Below the pieces are notes generated by a model. It worked only from the letters and a program-made list of their open reading frames with translations. It searched no databases and was not told the origin of the DNA. The position numbers were made by a program, and so were the translations under genes. A stretch of 64,000 nucleotides of DNA from Macrostomum lignano (taxonomy: Eukaryota): positions 124,001 through 188,000 of the forward strand of contig NIVC01000621.1 in assembly GCA_002269645.1 (NCBI GenBank), written 5' to 3'. This document shows, one piece after another, positions 27,401-41,100 of this stretch; the stretch's first letter is position 1, and every line of letters begins with the position of its first letter.

Positions 27401-27704
27401 CGGAGCAGGGATATACTTTGCAACCGACACTACTAAAAGTGCACAGTACGCTAGAGACAGCGGCGTCAAGACCCTGCTCCTGTGCAACGTTGTGCTCGGC
27501 AAGTACATGGTGTGCAACTCACGAAGGAACGACCTGAACTTGCAGACTGTTGTTGCCGCCGGTTTCGACTCGGTGTTTGCCAAACGGAACTCGAGGGGAA
27601 CCGGAGGCGTGTTAAACGACGAGTATATTGTGTACCGGCCTGAGCAAGCCACTCCCAGGTATCTGGTGAAGTTTGAAGTCAGATCTGCGCTGTTTTTGGG
27701 TTAA
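24426..27704 (+). CDS. Terminal module 1: two helical exons (24426-24572, 25032-25259) + PARP catalytic exons (25806-26225, 27381-27704)
   Basis: Phase-0 AG/GT junctions. Motifs HGTAG...EGFK|VGTRGMYGAGIYFATDTTKSAQY...LLLCNVVLG...LNDEYIVY...PRYLVKF match the ARTD/PARP catalytic fold, closest in motif style to tankyrase. Confidence 0.85.
26510..27030 (-). mobile_element. Mariner transposase remnant (N-terminal HTH part) in the PARP intron
   Basis: AVTEDSRLTCAELQELLHIPHSTVHRILTENLGMQK; shares ~85 bp (26920-27010) with the mariner at 61453-62720. Confidence 0.75.
27144..27346. repeat. Two adjacent foldback (inverted-repeat) elements, 27144-27243 and 27253-27346
   Basis: AGATTAAACATGCCTTT...GGGAGTTATTT pairs with AAATAACTCCC...AAAGGCATGTGTAATCT; CATAGACATAAAGACTTT pairs with AAAGTCTTTATTTCTATG. 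Confidence 0.75.
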
Positions 27705-28282
27705 CTTAGGCTATTGATATATAACTAACTACTCAGCAACATTAAAACCATCACCTTGGAACCCAGTGCGTCTTAGTGAGAGTTGATCGAATAACTTTGC
27801 ATCATTTGCAGTGTCGTGGGCTGAAGTCAATCGCCCTGACAATAATACTCTAGGCTGGCAGTTTTCAATGTATCTGAGTATGCTTGTAGCCATTGAGTTA
27901 ATAATGTACTCGCGTAATACCAATAGATGCCTCTAAATCAATCGCTTCGCGAATGAAAAACTTATTGCTCATATTTATCTTGTGCTATACAGAATTATAT
28001 TCACAGAATAGAAACAGAACAATTTTTATAGACTATTGATTATAGATATTCGATTTTACAGATTATATAGATATAGAATGAGCTCGTATTGTAATTTAAA
28101 CGCCTACGCATATATAGGCATGCTTGTTTTATCTGATGGCTAATTTTATACTTTTTGACATGTTTAGCTATTTAGTGCAGATAACTGCGATTTTCAACCA
28201 TCAAATTTTATGGTATTTGCCCGTTTGGTTTTTTTGGTAATTTGACAGTAATGTTTCTTTTGATAGTAACTTTTGTCTAAAT

Positions 28283-28691
28283 CAAGGCCTGGCAAACTTT
28301 TACCTCAAGGGCCAGATGAAGAACCCTAGCGCATAACTGCGAGCCTGAGAGGAGGGAAGAGAGAGGAGAGGGAAGAAAGAAGAGTAATTGGAGAGAGGAG
28401 AGGAGACGCAATAAAAGAGAAGAGAGGAGAGACGAAATAGGAGAAGAGAGAGGAGAGAAAGAGAAGGGAGAGGAGAGAGGAGAGATAGGAGAGGAGAAAG
28501 GGGAGAAAGGCGAGGAGAGGAGAAAGAAGATTGAGAGGAGATCAGACAGAAGAGAGAAGAGACACAATCAAACCTTAAGTAGACCAGTTTGCTCTTGTGA
28601 GGTTTTTGAAACTTGTGAAAGGAACTAAGGGCCGGAGAGAGAGGCTTTGCTGGCCACATGTGGCCCGTAAGCCGGAGTTTGCCGACCCCTG
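28283..28691. mobile_element. hAT-like MITE with an internal GA-rich tract; related end near 50135-50325
   Basis: Right end AGTTTGCCGACCCCTG, degenerate left end CAAGGCCTGGCAAACT; no matching TSD seen. Confidence 0.6.
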
Positions 28692-29478
28692 CTCTTATTA
28701 ATTGAATACAGATATTTCTAATTATAATTTCTAATTTTTAATATACATTAATCAGTATTTCTTTTATTTAAGTTGTTTTAAAAGTACTGCAGCCAACAGC
28801 TAGTGTAATACGCTCGTACATAACAACTATTAAATATCTAATAAAGATTCTAATCCGTTAGCATTCACGAGTTTAAAGATATTCAGCAAAAGTCTGTTTT
28901 CACTGTCAGTTGATTTGCATTTTTGTTTCACAAAAACCTAGCCAGCTATATTGCTAATGCGCTCGTATAAGCCAGAAAACATATAAGTTCAACTATAGCT
29001 ATCAATTGATCCAATGTCTGCAAGCTACATGTATTGTGTCGAATGGATGTAATTAAAAAGCAAATTTATGGGGCTCAGCACGAGCCGAATTGCCTCGTCA
29101 AATACCGTCTTCACCTCGGACTGCAGCTTGGACGAGCACCCTTTACTGCCTGTATCTCCTTGGCCAGGGCCTGTCCCTGAGTGAGTGGAAATAAGGAGTT
29201 TTTTTTAGTTTTTTAAAAAAACTCCGCACCCACCGCACTCCGCACCCACCGCACTACATGTATATCGACTCCCATCTCACTCTAAACTTTTTGTGTAAAA
29301 CCTGCCGTCTTTAGAAAAGCGGTTGCCCACCTCATCGGAGGCAAGAGATGAAATTGTAGAGAATTCATAAATACACGCTAACTAGAAGCTCAAAGAGGCA
29401 CGCTACTCTTTTTGGTTTTGAGATTATAAAAATGTAAACTATTATAAAATAATCTCTCTCAAAAAAGTTTCAAATAGT

Positions 29479-30137
29479 TCACGAAGTTGTGAACTTGACT
29501 AAGTATCTTGGTGTATCTTGATCAGTCCGGTAGACAATGTACTCGTCATTGAGCACACCTTGACTTGATTTTGTTCCTCGTCTAGCGAACACCGAGTCAT
29601 AGCCCCAATTCTGTACGGTCTGCAGGTTGAGGTTTGTTTGGGCAGATGTGCAGATCAGCGTCGTTCCTAGAAGCACCTCGCATAAAAGCAGGGTTTTGAC
29701 GTTATTATCCTTAGCATATTGGACACTCTTTGAGGTGTCCGTGGCAAAGTAGATCCCTGCGCCAAACATTCCTTGCTTGCCAATATTGAAGCCGTTGCTA
29801 ATGATGTTCTCAGCGGCGTTGCTGCGCGTCCCGTGAATGAGCAGCTCTGGAATGCAGTCCTTTTTATGCAGCTGGAAAAACGCATCATAAAGACGCTGGT
29901 CTAATACCGGGTTGCAGATTCTCTCAATATGCTCAGGATGCTGACGCTAGTGTTGTACTCGGGTTAAACATATCGCAGGACCCTGTCGCAAATGCAATGA
30001 TACTCAACGACGGTCTGTCCGTTTGTTGCTGTGATGGGGACGCGCGTGACTCGTGTCGTTGATCCGGAATGTAGTAAGTGCGCAAGATGGAGCTCGGTAG
30101 CTACAGACTCGCATTGTACCTCGTAAAGTGACCTCGG
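29479..30137 (-). pseudogene. Disabled single-exon PARP catalytic domain (terminal exon)
   Basis: After a phase-0 acceptor: ...DRVLRYV*PEYNTSVSILS, then a 2-bp insertion, then IERICNPVLDQR...LLIHGTRSNAAENIISNGFNIGKQGMFGAGIYFATD...VLNDEYIVY. One in-frame TAA plus one frameshift. Confidence 0.88.
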
Positions 30138-31200
30138 CTAAAGTGAGTAGGACACAAGAAAAGGGATAAATTAATAAAAATTACAAAATACAATTTCTAA
30201 GAAAAGTAAAAGCTGTCAAAAAGTTGTTTTCACCGTCGAACGCCGCTTGCTGAAACAATTTCCCATTCTTACTCGTAGTTTTCTAATTGGTTCTAATGAC
30301 ACTGAAGACACTTGATTTGAGTTCCTTTGTCACACAATTAGGGTTGCTTCAAGACACGGGGTGTCATGTCTCGAGTAAAAAAACGATTTAAAACTTATAA
30401 AATAGCAGAGTTGGAAATTACAACCCTTCTCAAGCATCCCTCCGAGGTACAAGTACACTCACTGTGTACGATGCTCAATTTCCTGCACATTCCACCACTG
30501 TACAGTGAAAAGAACAATGGCTAGAGTGCTAAATTTCGATATTTAGTTGCTTGGTCATTTTGCTGTTATTTGTCGATTTGATCACTTTTCCTTCGGGTGA
30601 GAGCTGATCAGAAGTTGAAAAATACTTTTTTATTGCAATTTGCGATTTCAACTCTTCTGCGATTGCTTTAAGCTGTTTTCCATTCTCGTAAACATAGCCA
30701 AAATAGTTACTCAAGTCATTTCTCACCCAGATCTTGAATTTAAGTGAATTTCATAATTGTACGAGTATAAAATGTATGTATGTATTGATTTGATAAATCA
30801 TAATTGAGAACAAATTGATTTAAAATCTTTAAAGGGCCTATTTATTACGAGCTAAGAAATAAAAGAAACCATGCAACTGACAGAATCCGTGCAGTTAGAG
30901 TGAAGTCAGGAGTACATTTAGAAGGAACTTTCCTCAGAGAGTTATTTTAGGGTATGAGAAAAGCGTGACATCAGACCATACGTCAGTACCTTATTGTGAT
31001 GATAAAATCTTCTTAGTATGAGTCGTAAAGAACTTTTTAACGTAAAAGCTAGCTAGAAATATCATCGCATGCGAGTATGTTTATAATAAATCGTTTTCAA
31101 ATTTTGCAATAAACATAAAACTGTATCTACGAGCGGATAATTGACAAGAACAAAGACTATCATTCTTGTTAAGTTTTATAAATCTCAAAGCCAGAGCCAG

Positions 31201-32455
31201 TCAGGCTGTCTTGAACTTGATGAGGTACCTCGGGGCAGCCTGCCTCGGGTCGTACACGACAAACTCATCGTTGAGCACCCCTCGAGTCTCCCTGGAGTCC
31301 CTCTGAGCGAACACGGAATCAAAGCCTTCAGCTCTTAGCGTTTCAAAATTGAGATCATTTCGAGCAGTTCGACACACTTGGTGCTTTCCAAGAAGCACAT
31401 CGCACAGCAGCAGCGACTTGACGCCGGTGTCTTTGCAGTACTGCGCGCTTTTGGTACTGTCCGTGGCGAAGTAGATCCCTGCGCCGAACATTCCACGATT
31501 GCCTAAAATGAAGCCATCGGTAATGATTTTCTCGGCATTGATCTGCCTCGTTCCGTGGAACAGCTGCTCCGTTGGACAGTTGCGGTTGTGCAGCTGGCGG
31601 CGAAAGTCCCGCATCCGCCTATCCAGCACAGGGTTCTGTATACGCTCGATGCTGCAGATCTCCTTGATGACAATTCCGTGCTCAGGTCTGGTATAGCGAA
31701 TAACGCGATCTTCAATTTTCAAATACTCGGCCGAAGTTTCCGACTGGCTCTTTGATAGCATGGTTCGGACAACTTCCGTTGAATCCAAAATGCTGCAGCT
31801 GCTGATCTGGAAGAATAGATAAATGCAACTACATGTTACATGTGATAAGTGCAAAGAGTCCTTCTGCTTCAGTTTTCCATGTTGGGGACTAATAAAGAGA
31901 CTTCTAATACCCATATAGTAAAGGTCTAGGATTCCATAATTGGAATATCAAAACTTGAAGTCATAGGACAATTATGAAGCTTTTTTTCTGATTCAAAAGC
32001 GTACCGAAGATCGGTTTCCAGCGCTACCAGACTCCAACACTCGGCGGATGTGCTGCATCACAGAGTAAAGAGGGCCCCAAGCGTTCCTCAGCCTCTGCAG
32101 CTGCTTGTGCACCCCTTTGAGACAGTCGGCCTCCAGCATTAGCGTGTCCGCCGCCTCGGCCGCTTTCGCCAGTCGGTGCTGAGTGTTGCGCACGGACTCG
32201 TACAGCAGCTGGTCGTGGCGAAGTGGATTCATAATTTTTATTTTAAGAAGAGCAGAAGTTTTACACTCGTACTATAGTCTCTCTGAGAAAGAAAATTACC
32301 ATTAAAATTTTCTCTTCATCAGCCGGATCCTGTTTTCCGGGTTTGAAACATTCCTTTAAATTTTCCAGCTCGCATTGCGTCTTGCGCATCAGTTTTCGAT
32401 CCTCTTTCGTCAGCAGTTGAAAGTCCTCGTAGGCGGCCAATCGTGTAGCGGGTAG
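31201..32455 (-). CDS. Intact minus-strand paralog: two helical exons (32455-32300, 32208-32005) + single-exon PARP domain (31806-31201); 5' end not found
   Basis: Phase-0 GT/AG junctions give 321 aa by hand count. LFHGTR...GMFGAGIYFATDSTKSAQY...VLNDEFVVY. The helical exons resemble those of the + modules (RLRNAWGPL vs QLVQSWSML). Confidence 0.85.
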
Positions 32456-33252
32456 CTGAAATTTTCGAGTTAAGTTAATAATACGAGTATCTGCGAGAGA
32501 ATTGTAGGCAACGCATCATGTACGCAGGTACGCACTCACACACACGCTTACACAGAGTGTACAGCGGCTCTAACTTCTAATCATCTCAGGCATGTGCACT
32601 CTCAAGGGCCGATTTTCGTGTAGAAGCCTCCAAATTAATGTGGCCATGCAGGGAATCGAACCGGGGGTTCTTTAACTTCATAAACTCGTAATGCAACTTT
32701 AATTAAAACGCATGCTTGCTTAGTTTTCTTGCACTTGAATGTTAGATGCCCATCGTTCATAAAAAATCACTAATGATTCAATAAAACGGAACTCCGAAAC
32801 TTACGGAAATGTTCTGCGGTACCTCGTAGGCATTTGCGGCAAAATTAATCTGCAGCATGGAATCGACTGCTAACTAAAGTAAATCTTACCGATTTTACTG
32901 ATGACTAATACTCAAAAAATTTAACTACATGCTTTACTCTTTCCACATTGACAACCACTTAAAAGTACAACAGAACAATTGCAGAATTGATATACATCAT
33001 GAAAGAAACCACTCCTGACCAATAAGGTTGAAGTTATAGCATCTCCATCTCCTAGCATACCCAGAGTGTACGTACGCCGTTTTGATGTGGGTAGACAATG
33101 GGGGTGAACTTTCGAATCATTGTGTAAGTACACTTTTCATCGCAACCTGAAGGATTCCAGTAATAGCTATGGTATATTAATATTAGTATATAAGTATATA
33201 CCAACTGCAACGAGGTAAACCTGTCTGTCTTTATTTTAAATTCATACTGCAG

Positions 33253-36200
33253 AAAACAGCGCATCAGATGGGAAATGTACTGCCAAAGAAACGAGAGAGT
33301 CGGTATCCACCAAAGTCTCAAACCGAGACCAGACCTACACAACTTTTAACTAATGTGAGTTCATCCTCAGTCAGTAACTTTTACGCTCGTACTTTGAATA
33401 TTTGTCACGGACAAATGGCTTCTGTGCTGACGGACAGACGTCGCATTAGACGGAATGAACGGTCGAATGAACGGACTGCGCAGGTTCAATGGCTGCCGTG
33501 TTCATTATCTTTTAATAGTGTTTCCGATCAACTTCGGAATGGGTCTGAATTACCTGTAGATTACTTTGAGCAATCTTTGAATAGCAGAGCTACTGTCACC
33601 TTGGTATACGATCATGTCTCTTGTTGGGCGCCCCTGTCTCTTGATGTGTGCCCCTAGACCTGTCTCTTGGACCGGTATTTCTTGAACGCATTCGGCACAA
33701 GTCGGGACAAAACTTTGCAGTCAGAAGCTTTCAAAAGATTCTACTTGTCAGGTAGGTATTCCTCCCGCTTCTGGAGCAGTCTGGAGTAGCAGGAAGCAAT
33801 TTAATAACATATCTTTAAATGATTGAAAGAAAATGTATTAAAAGATGTATTAGGTGTACTATGATGCACTATTAGTCTTTAAATATGGGATTTTGCAATG
33901 ATGACTCTGGCCAAATCTTGTCCTGACTTGTCTCGAGATCCTTCCGTCTGATGTAATTAAAATTATGGATAACACAAAACTCTTTTGGGTGGGTAAGTAG
34001 CCCGATTAAAACGGTATTTAGACCAATAAGCGTCCCAGAGTCACTTGCGTCGCCCCAGAGTCATTTCAGAGTGTTTGCAGATGACACAGGTAAAATAGGA
34101 TAGAAGCGACTCTAGGTAAAATGACGATATGTTGCGGTAAAAGTCTCCAACAATCGTCAAAGAGTCGCCCAAGAGTCACTTTGAAGCGTTTTGCTGTCTG
34201 CGACTCCGAAAAAACTCTGGGGCGACGCAAGTGATTCTGGTGAGACGATATAACGACTCTGGAGCCATAGAATTTGGGGCGAGCTAGATTCGCTGTAGAG
34301 TCACTGAAATTTGTTTGAAGCGCATTTGGGTCGCTTGACGAATCAGAGCACTATCTCTAGCGAAACTTAAGCGCCAGCACAACGATTCTTGGACGACTCT
34401 TTCGCTATTCTTTTACGATTCTACCAGGCGCTTGTGACGCAACAGTCCCTTCTCCGTCGCATTAGACGCGTTCGAGTCGCCCAAAAGTCGCTAGAGTAAC
34501 TAGAGAGTTTGAGTAACTAGAACAACTAGAACAACTAGAATAACTAGAATAACTAGAATATCAAGGATACTAAAAAATAAGAAAACTGCGCATTCTATAT
34601 TTAGCACTCGCATCATAAAGTGCTCAGATACAAGGTATCAAACTAAAGTGCGTAGACTACGAGCGTATAATGACGTCAGTAAAGCCAGTAAAAACTAAAA
34701 CAGATTTCTACTGACATTGCCTCTACAATCTACTAATTGTCGAATCGCATGTTATACAGAAAACCTTGCCTAATACTTTATACTGACTCATGCTTTACAC
34801 TTCGGAGCACTGGACGCTTCGTGTTTGTACGTTTTTAAATTGGTTCTTCGACCATCTGGGTGACTTATCTTCGATTATGCGACTTTAGAAGCATTTTGTA
34901 AATGCATACAATATATTTATTGCTACTCAAAAATTATGTACGCTCGTAATGGCTATGTTACAATATATACCAACTGCAATGCGGTAAACAAAGTAACAAT
35001 TTCCGAGTTCGTTTTACATAATCATACTACAGATACCAGCGCATCCGATGGGGAATGCAGTGCCGCAACAACAGCAGAGTCGTCAGCAGCCAGCGCTGTC
35101 ACAACCCGAGTTAAAACCAACACAAACTACAACAAATGTGAGTTCATATTGTACTATTGATGGTGAGACCCCTGTTTCCTATAGTCGAATTGCACGCTTT
35201 TTTGCCTAAAATATTGACTGATATTATATATTGAACAATTCCTTACTCTTCGTAGGACTGTAAACTGCGTGTTTGTATCTCTTTAAATTGATTTTACGGC
35301 CATCTGAGTGATTTTTCTTTAATTCTGTGACTTTAGAAGCATTGTGATAATGCATACAATATATTTATTGCTACTGGGGAATCCTATAATAGCTAAATTA
35401 TATACCAACTGCAATTTTCTAAAAAATGGGATTTCTGCTGACCTAATTTTACGCAATCATGCTACAGATACCAGCGCATCCGATGGGGAATGTACTGCCA
35501 CAAGAACAGAGTCGGCAACCACCGCTGTCTCAACCCGAGATAAGACAAGTACCATCTTTATTTATTAGAGTTCATATTAAACCATATATCGCTAATTTTT
35601 TCTTTACAGGTAACGAAATAATACAACAGAATACTTGGGATTCGAAGCAGCGTGTTTGTATCATTTTAAATTTATACTTGATTCAACGACCATCTTGATG
35701 ATTTATATTTGATTATACGACCCTCTACTGATTGATTTACTCTTTTATTCTATCTTTGATTTTATCTTTGATTCTATGGCCATCTGAGTGATTTATCTTT
35801 GATTCTATGGCCATCTGAGTGATTTATCTTGGATTCTATGGCCATCTGAGTGATTTATCTTTAATTCTATGGCCATTTGTGTAATTTTTCTGTGATTCGA
35901 TGGCCACGTGATTGGCTTATACTTGATTTTATAGCTAGTTTTCTGACTGATGTACATTTTTGTCTGACTTTAGAAGCATTGTGCATTAACCAATATTCAT
36001 TGTAACCTATGGAATTCCTGTATTAGCTACGGTGTATACCAACTGCAACGCGGTAAACAGTTTAACTTTTTTATTTGATTTCACATAATAATCTCACAGC
36101 AGTCAGCGCATCCGATGCGGAATGTACAGCCAAACCGGCGAGTGAATCTGCAATCACCGCAGTCTCAACCCGAGTTTAAACCAACACAAATTTTAACAAA

Positions 36201-37647
36201 TGTGAGTTCATATTGTACCATCGATCGGGGATTTTAATCTTAAATTATTTTGCAAAAATTCAAAAATGTTTCTGTGAAACTGAGTTCCAAAAAATTCATT
36301 GAGCTTGCCAAAAGCAACGGGTACGGACGGTGAGGCGATGCGTCAGACGGAATGAACGGTCAACATAGCAGGATGGCACAGGATGAATGGCTGTCCAGTT
36401 TATTTTATTTTATAATAGTGTTTCAAATCAACTTTAGAGTGGGTCTACGCTCGTACGAGAAATCAACTGGATATTAATTTCAACAATCCTTGAATAGCAG
36501 AGCTACAATCACCTTGGTATATACGATCGTGTCTCTGATGACTCTGACTCTCTGTGCAAGCCACTGATTTTGTGCCTGAAAAACTGTGGAAACTAATTTT
36601 CAAAATAAATATTTAAACAGTTAAGATGAGCAAACGAAGAGGTCAGGTTACCGTTGCTCGGACGAGCCCCTCCCGAATAGTGATGTCAGGAAATGTGGTA
36701 CGTATATCTGGAAGCGAATCCCAATTGTGCACAATTGCTGGAACAAAACTTTTCAGTCAGAATTTTTCCAAAGATTTTACTTGACAGGTACATCTAGGTA
36801 TTCCGCACGCTTCTGAAGCAGCCCAGAGTTGACAAGAAACAAAAATAAATCTAGTAGAATAATTCAAAAGATGTTTTAGCTGTATAAGATGCACTAGTAG
36901 TCTTTAAACATAGGATGTTGCGTTGGTGACTCTGGCCAAATCTTGTCCCGACATGTCCCAAAATCCCTCCGTCCGATGCAATTATAATGATGGACAACAC
37001 AAAACTGCCCCGAGAAATGTAATACGCTCGTGAGTGTTTCTAATTATGGAATGGCTACTACGAGCGTAAAATTAAGGATACTAAAAAATAAGAAAACTGC
37101 GCATTTTATATTTAGCACTCGCATCATAAAGTGCTCAGATACAAGGTATCAAACTAAAGTGCGTAGACTAAAATGACGTCAGTAAAGCCAGTAAAAACTA
37201 AAACAGATTTCTACTGACATTGCCTCTACAATCTACTAATAGTCGAATCGCATGTTATACAGAAAACCTTGCCTAATACTTTATACTGACTCATGCTTTA
37301 CACTTCGGAGCACTGGACGTTTGTTTCGTTTGCTTCGTGTTTGTATCTTTTTAAAATGATTCTTTGACCATCTGGTTGACTATCTTTGATTATGCGACTT
37401 TAGAAGCATTTTGTAAATGCATACAATATATTTATTGCTACTCAAAAATTATGTACGCTCGTAATGGCTGTGTTATATACCAACTGCAATGCGGGAAACA
37501 AAGTAACAATTTCCGAGTTCGTTTTACATAATCATACTACAGATACCAGCGCATCCGATGGGGAATGCATTGCCGCAACAACAGCAGAGTCGTCAGCAGC
37601 CAGCGCTGTCTCAACCCGAGTTAAAACCAACACAAACTACAACAAAT
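33253..37647 (+). CDS. Second set of P/Q/T-rich phase-0 linker exons: 33253-33354, 35033-35137, 35468-35548, 36100-36201, 37543-37647
   Basis: AG/GT-bounded, lengths 102/105/81/102/105 nt, no stops (e.g. IPAHPMGNAVPQQQQSRQQPALSQPELKPTQTTTN); diverged homologs of the 20-23 kb exons. Confidence 0.65.
34035..34240. repeat. 27-bp inverted repeat inside a ~480-bp GAGTCGCC-rich intronic element
   Basis: CCAGAGTCACTTGCGTCGCCCCAGAGT (34035-34061) vs ACTCTGGGGCGACGCAAGTGATTCTGG (34214-34240), 1 mismatch. Confidence 0.8.
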
Positions 37648-38115
37648 GTGAGTTCATATTGTACTATTGATGGTGTGACCCCTGTTTCTTTGTGTGACCC
37701 CTGTTTCTTGTTGTGACTCCTGTCTCTTGATGACCCCGGTCTCCTGGTGACCCCTGTCTCTTGGTGTGACCCCTGTCTCCTGATGACCCGTGTCTTGTCG
37801 GACGCCTCTGTTTCTTGGTGGCGCCTGCTTATCGCCCACTTTCTAGAAAAAGCAAAAGCTTCCGTTATTTATCAAATTTATCTTTTAGCTTTTGGATGAA
37901 ATATAAAAAACAGCATTTATATTTTATCACTTGCATTTATCACTACGCGCTCAATATATTTACTTAACATAAAATACTCAGTTTTTGCAATTCTACGAGT
38001 AAATTCTTTCAAACTTAAGTGCGTGGACAGTAAGAAACACAGAAGATTTTACTGATTTTGTCTGTACACAGTACAAAGAATTAAATGCACGATTTGACCA
38101 AAAAACTTAACTAAG

Positions 38116-41100
38116 GATCCCCCAAGAATCAAACTGGACAACACGGACGAATTCGATGCTCAACGGCGGTCCGCTAATGATTGGATCAAGAAGAAGCACG
38201 TAGAGCTGATGGATTTGGACACTGACAAGGGGACGAATACGGAAAAGGCTCGACGGCTTCGGGTTTGTATATTGAAGTTCGAGTAAAAATTGATTGTACG
38301 ACCTTCTGAGTAATTTATCTTTGATTTTATGGCCATCGGACTGATTTGCTTGTGATTCTATGGCCATCTGACTGATTTGCTTGTGATTATATGACTTAGC
38401 TGAGTGTAATTATCATAATTTCAATGACTATTTAACCTCTTCCACACTTGATGCCTTCGGGTCTCACTTAAGGATTTCGATTTGCTTCAGAATTGTTGCT
38501 TGAACTCTTTATGATCGTAGGAGTTTTTCTCTTGATTCATTTATATTTGGAGTGATTTCCTTTTCTTCAATGACCATTCAGAATTTGGATGATCTCAGAT
38601 GATCTCCGATGATTCCATGAGCGTCTGACTTATTCTCTCGGATTTTAATGAACTGATTAAAGGATTGTTCTAAAAGCTCTTGTGACTACCTCCTTTAAGG
38701 ACATCGAAGCCTCTCTAGACGAAGGCGAAGATTTACTGTCAGCGGCTGCTGTAACGGCCGAGCAAATGATGCAGCGAAACACCTGTCCATTTCGAGTTGG
38801 TCGTCAACATCTCCAGCTTGTCCAGTCCTGGTCCATGCTGATCAGCTTGTTTGAGCGACTGAAGAAGGAAGTCTACGCAGCTGATAGCTGTCAGGATGGA
38901 AGGAGACGACGGGACGGCGAAGTAAGTTCCATTTATTATTCAATTTTGATTTTGGAGAGCAGAAGGTAGCGACTGAATATCTGGAAGGTTTGGATAGGAA
39001 CGATCAGCTATTCTCATTATGTAGCTCTTGTATCATGATATTCCCTGCAGATACAAGGAATCATTGTAAAGTTCATGGACTATATTAATGACGTAAGAAA
39101 GCCAGTTAAGAAACAAACAAGATTTCTACAGTCTACTGCGAGTAGAAACGCACGTTTTTATACCGAAGCTTTTGACTAATATTTAATTGACTAATACTTT
39201 AGACTTTAAAGGACCGGATTATTGTATTATTTATTTTTTATGTCGATTCTACGACCATGTGAGCGACTTATCTTTTTGATTTTATGACATTAGCAGCGTT
39301 CTGTAAGAACCTATATTAATCGCAACCTGGAGAAATCATGTACAATAGCTACGCTACATACTAACTGCAATGTGGTAAACAATATAACTGAAAGGTAGTT
39401 TGAAAACTTTTACTCAGCTTGCCAAAGGCAGCTGGCTACGGTGTGCGGACGGAGAGGCGACGGGTCAAGAGGTCGACATAGCAGGACTGCGCAGTTTCAA
39501 CGGCTGTCCACTATATTATTTTCTAATAGTGTTTTTAATCAACCATAGAATGATTCTGAATCAATTGTAGATTGATTTGAACAAATTTTACTCACCAAGC
39601 TGGCGATCTTGGGGCCTTTTTATAAAGCCATCCTAAGATAAGATCGATCTTAGCCATTATCTTCGCAGTCTTCCGACGCACGATCGAACTTACGCTACGA
39701 CAGCTTTAGAGTACGACCCTCTTGTCTCTTGGTGGACTCCTGTTTCTTAATTGGTGCGCGTACCTGTGTCATGGTATGCGTCTCTCTGTCTTGGTGGGCG
39801 CCCCTTGTGTCTCGATGACCCCTGTCTTTTGGTCGGCGTTTCTGCCTTTATCTCCTGGTCCGGTGGATGCCCCTTCCAAGAGATGGCAACAGTTGAGCCC
39901 CTGTCATTCGTCGAGTTTCTTCAGCTTTAGCTTTTATGGAGTATACCGATCTGAAGTCAATGAACTTTTATGTCTAGTCGTTCCCTCAGCGTTAATTTAT
40001 TTTTTTACCCAAACTGTTGCCGAATCTTTTAAGGCTCGCCTCGGCTTATCTCGATAAATAGAAAAGCTTAAAACTAAGCTATGTTTAACTAATAAGCTCT
40101 TCGATCTAAGGTAGAGTCGCAACCATAGATCTTATATTCCCTAGATGAGACCAAACTTCTCTAAGCGAAGCCCTAAATCCACTAAATATGAACAGGTTTG
40201 ATCTCAAAATTCTATAGGAATTATTTGAGCTTCGCTTCCTGAGGAGCGAAGCAAACATAGAGGCTTCCTTGGATCAGTGCATCCATTTTTGGCCATGGTT
40301 CTTTGATCCTCATATGTGGTATGTATTTTGTTCATTTTGTTCAACATTGCAGTCGCCTGCATTAAAAAAAGCGGAAAAGCTCAAAACCCTGGCGTTGTTC
40401 ATTTGCTGCTGAGCACAGCTCACACATACGAATGGCTGGCATCTGCATCATGGATGAAAGAATAGAATAGAATAGCAAAGCTGCGCATTTCTTCGTTATC
40501 ACAGAAAAGAATGTCTGTGTCCCTCGGCTACTGAAGTTAATCGTTCAGTGACTGTGATTGGTTTAAATACTCGTATTTTTTAGCTTTTTTCGGGGTCAGC
40601 TTTTTAGCGTAGATCCAATAGAGACTGGCCCATCTACGGATGACGATCTATGGTCTTAATGCAGAAACACAAAAATTTTTTTTTGGAAGAAAAGTAAAAA
40701 TATTTATATAGTTATTACTCGCATTTCTCACTATGAACCCTATACTTTAACTTCCATCATGAAATGCTCCGTTCTCAATTCTAAATTCTTTCAAACTCAA
40801 GTGCTTAGACAGTAAGAAACACAGAAGATTTTACTGATTTTGTCTGTACACAGTACAAAGAATTAAATGCACGATTTGACCAAAAAACTTAACTAAGGAT
40901 CCCCCAAGAATCAAACTGGACAACACGGACGAATTCGATGCTCAACGGCGGTCCGCTAATGATTGGATCAAGAAGAAGCACGTAGAGCTGATGGATTTGG
41001 ACACTGACAAAGGGACGAATACGGAAAAGGCTCGACGGCTTCGGGTTTGTATATTGAAGTTTGAGTAAAAATTGATTGTACGACCATCTGAGTAATTTAT

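Noticed and set aside
30529-30726. Possible upstream helical exon of the disabled - PARP
   Set aside because: Helical-looking (YENGKQLKAIAEELKSQ) but I could not find convincing in-frame splice sites.
33268-33290. MGNVLP / MGNAVP as alternative myristoylated starts in the linker exons
   Set aside because: Pro at position 6 is unfavourable, and the ATG lies inside an exon with a good upstream acceptor.
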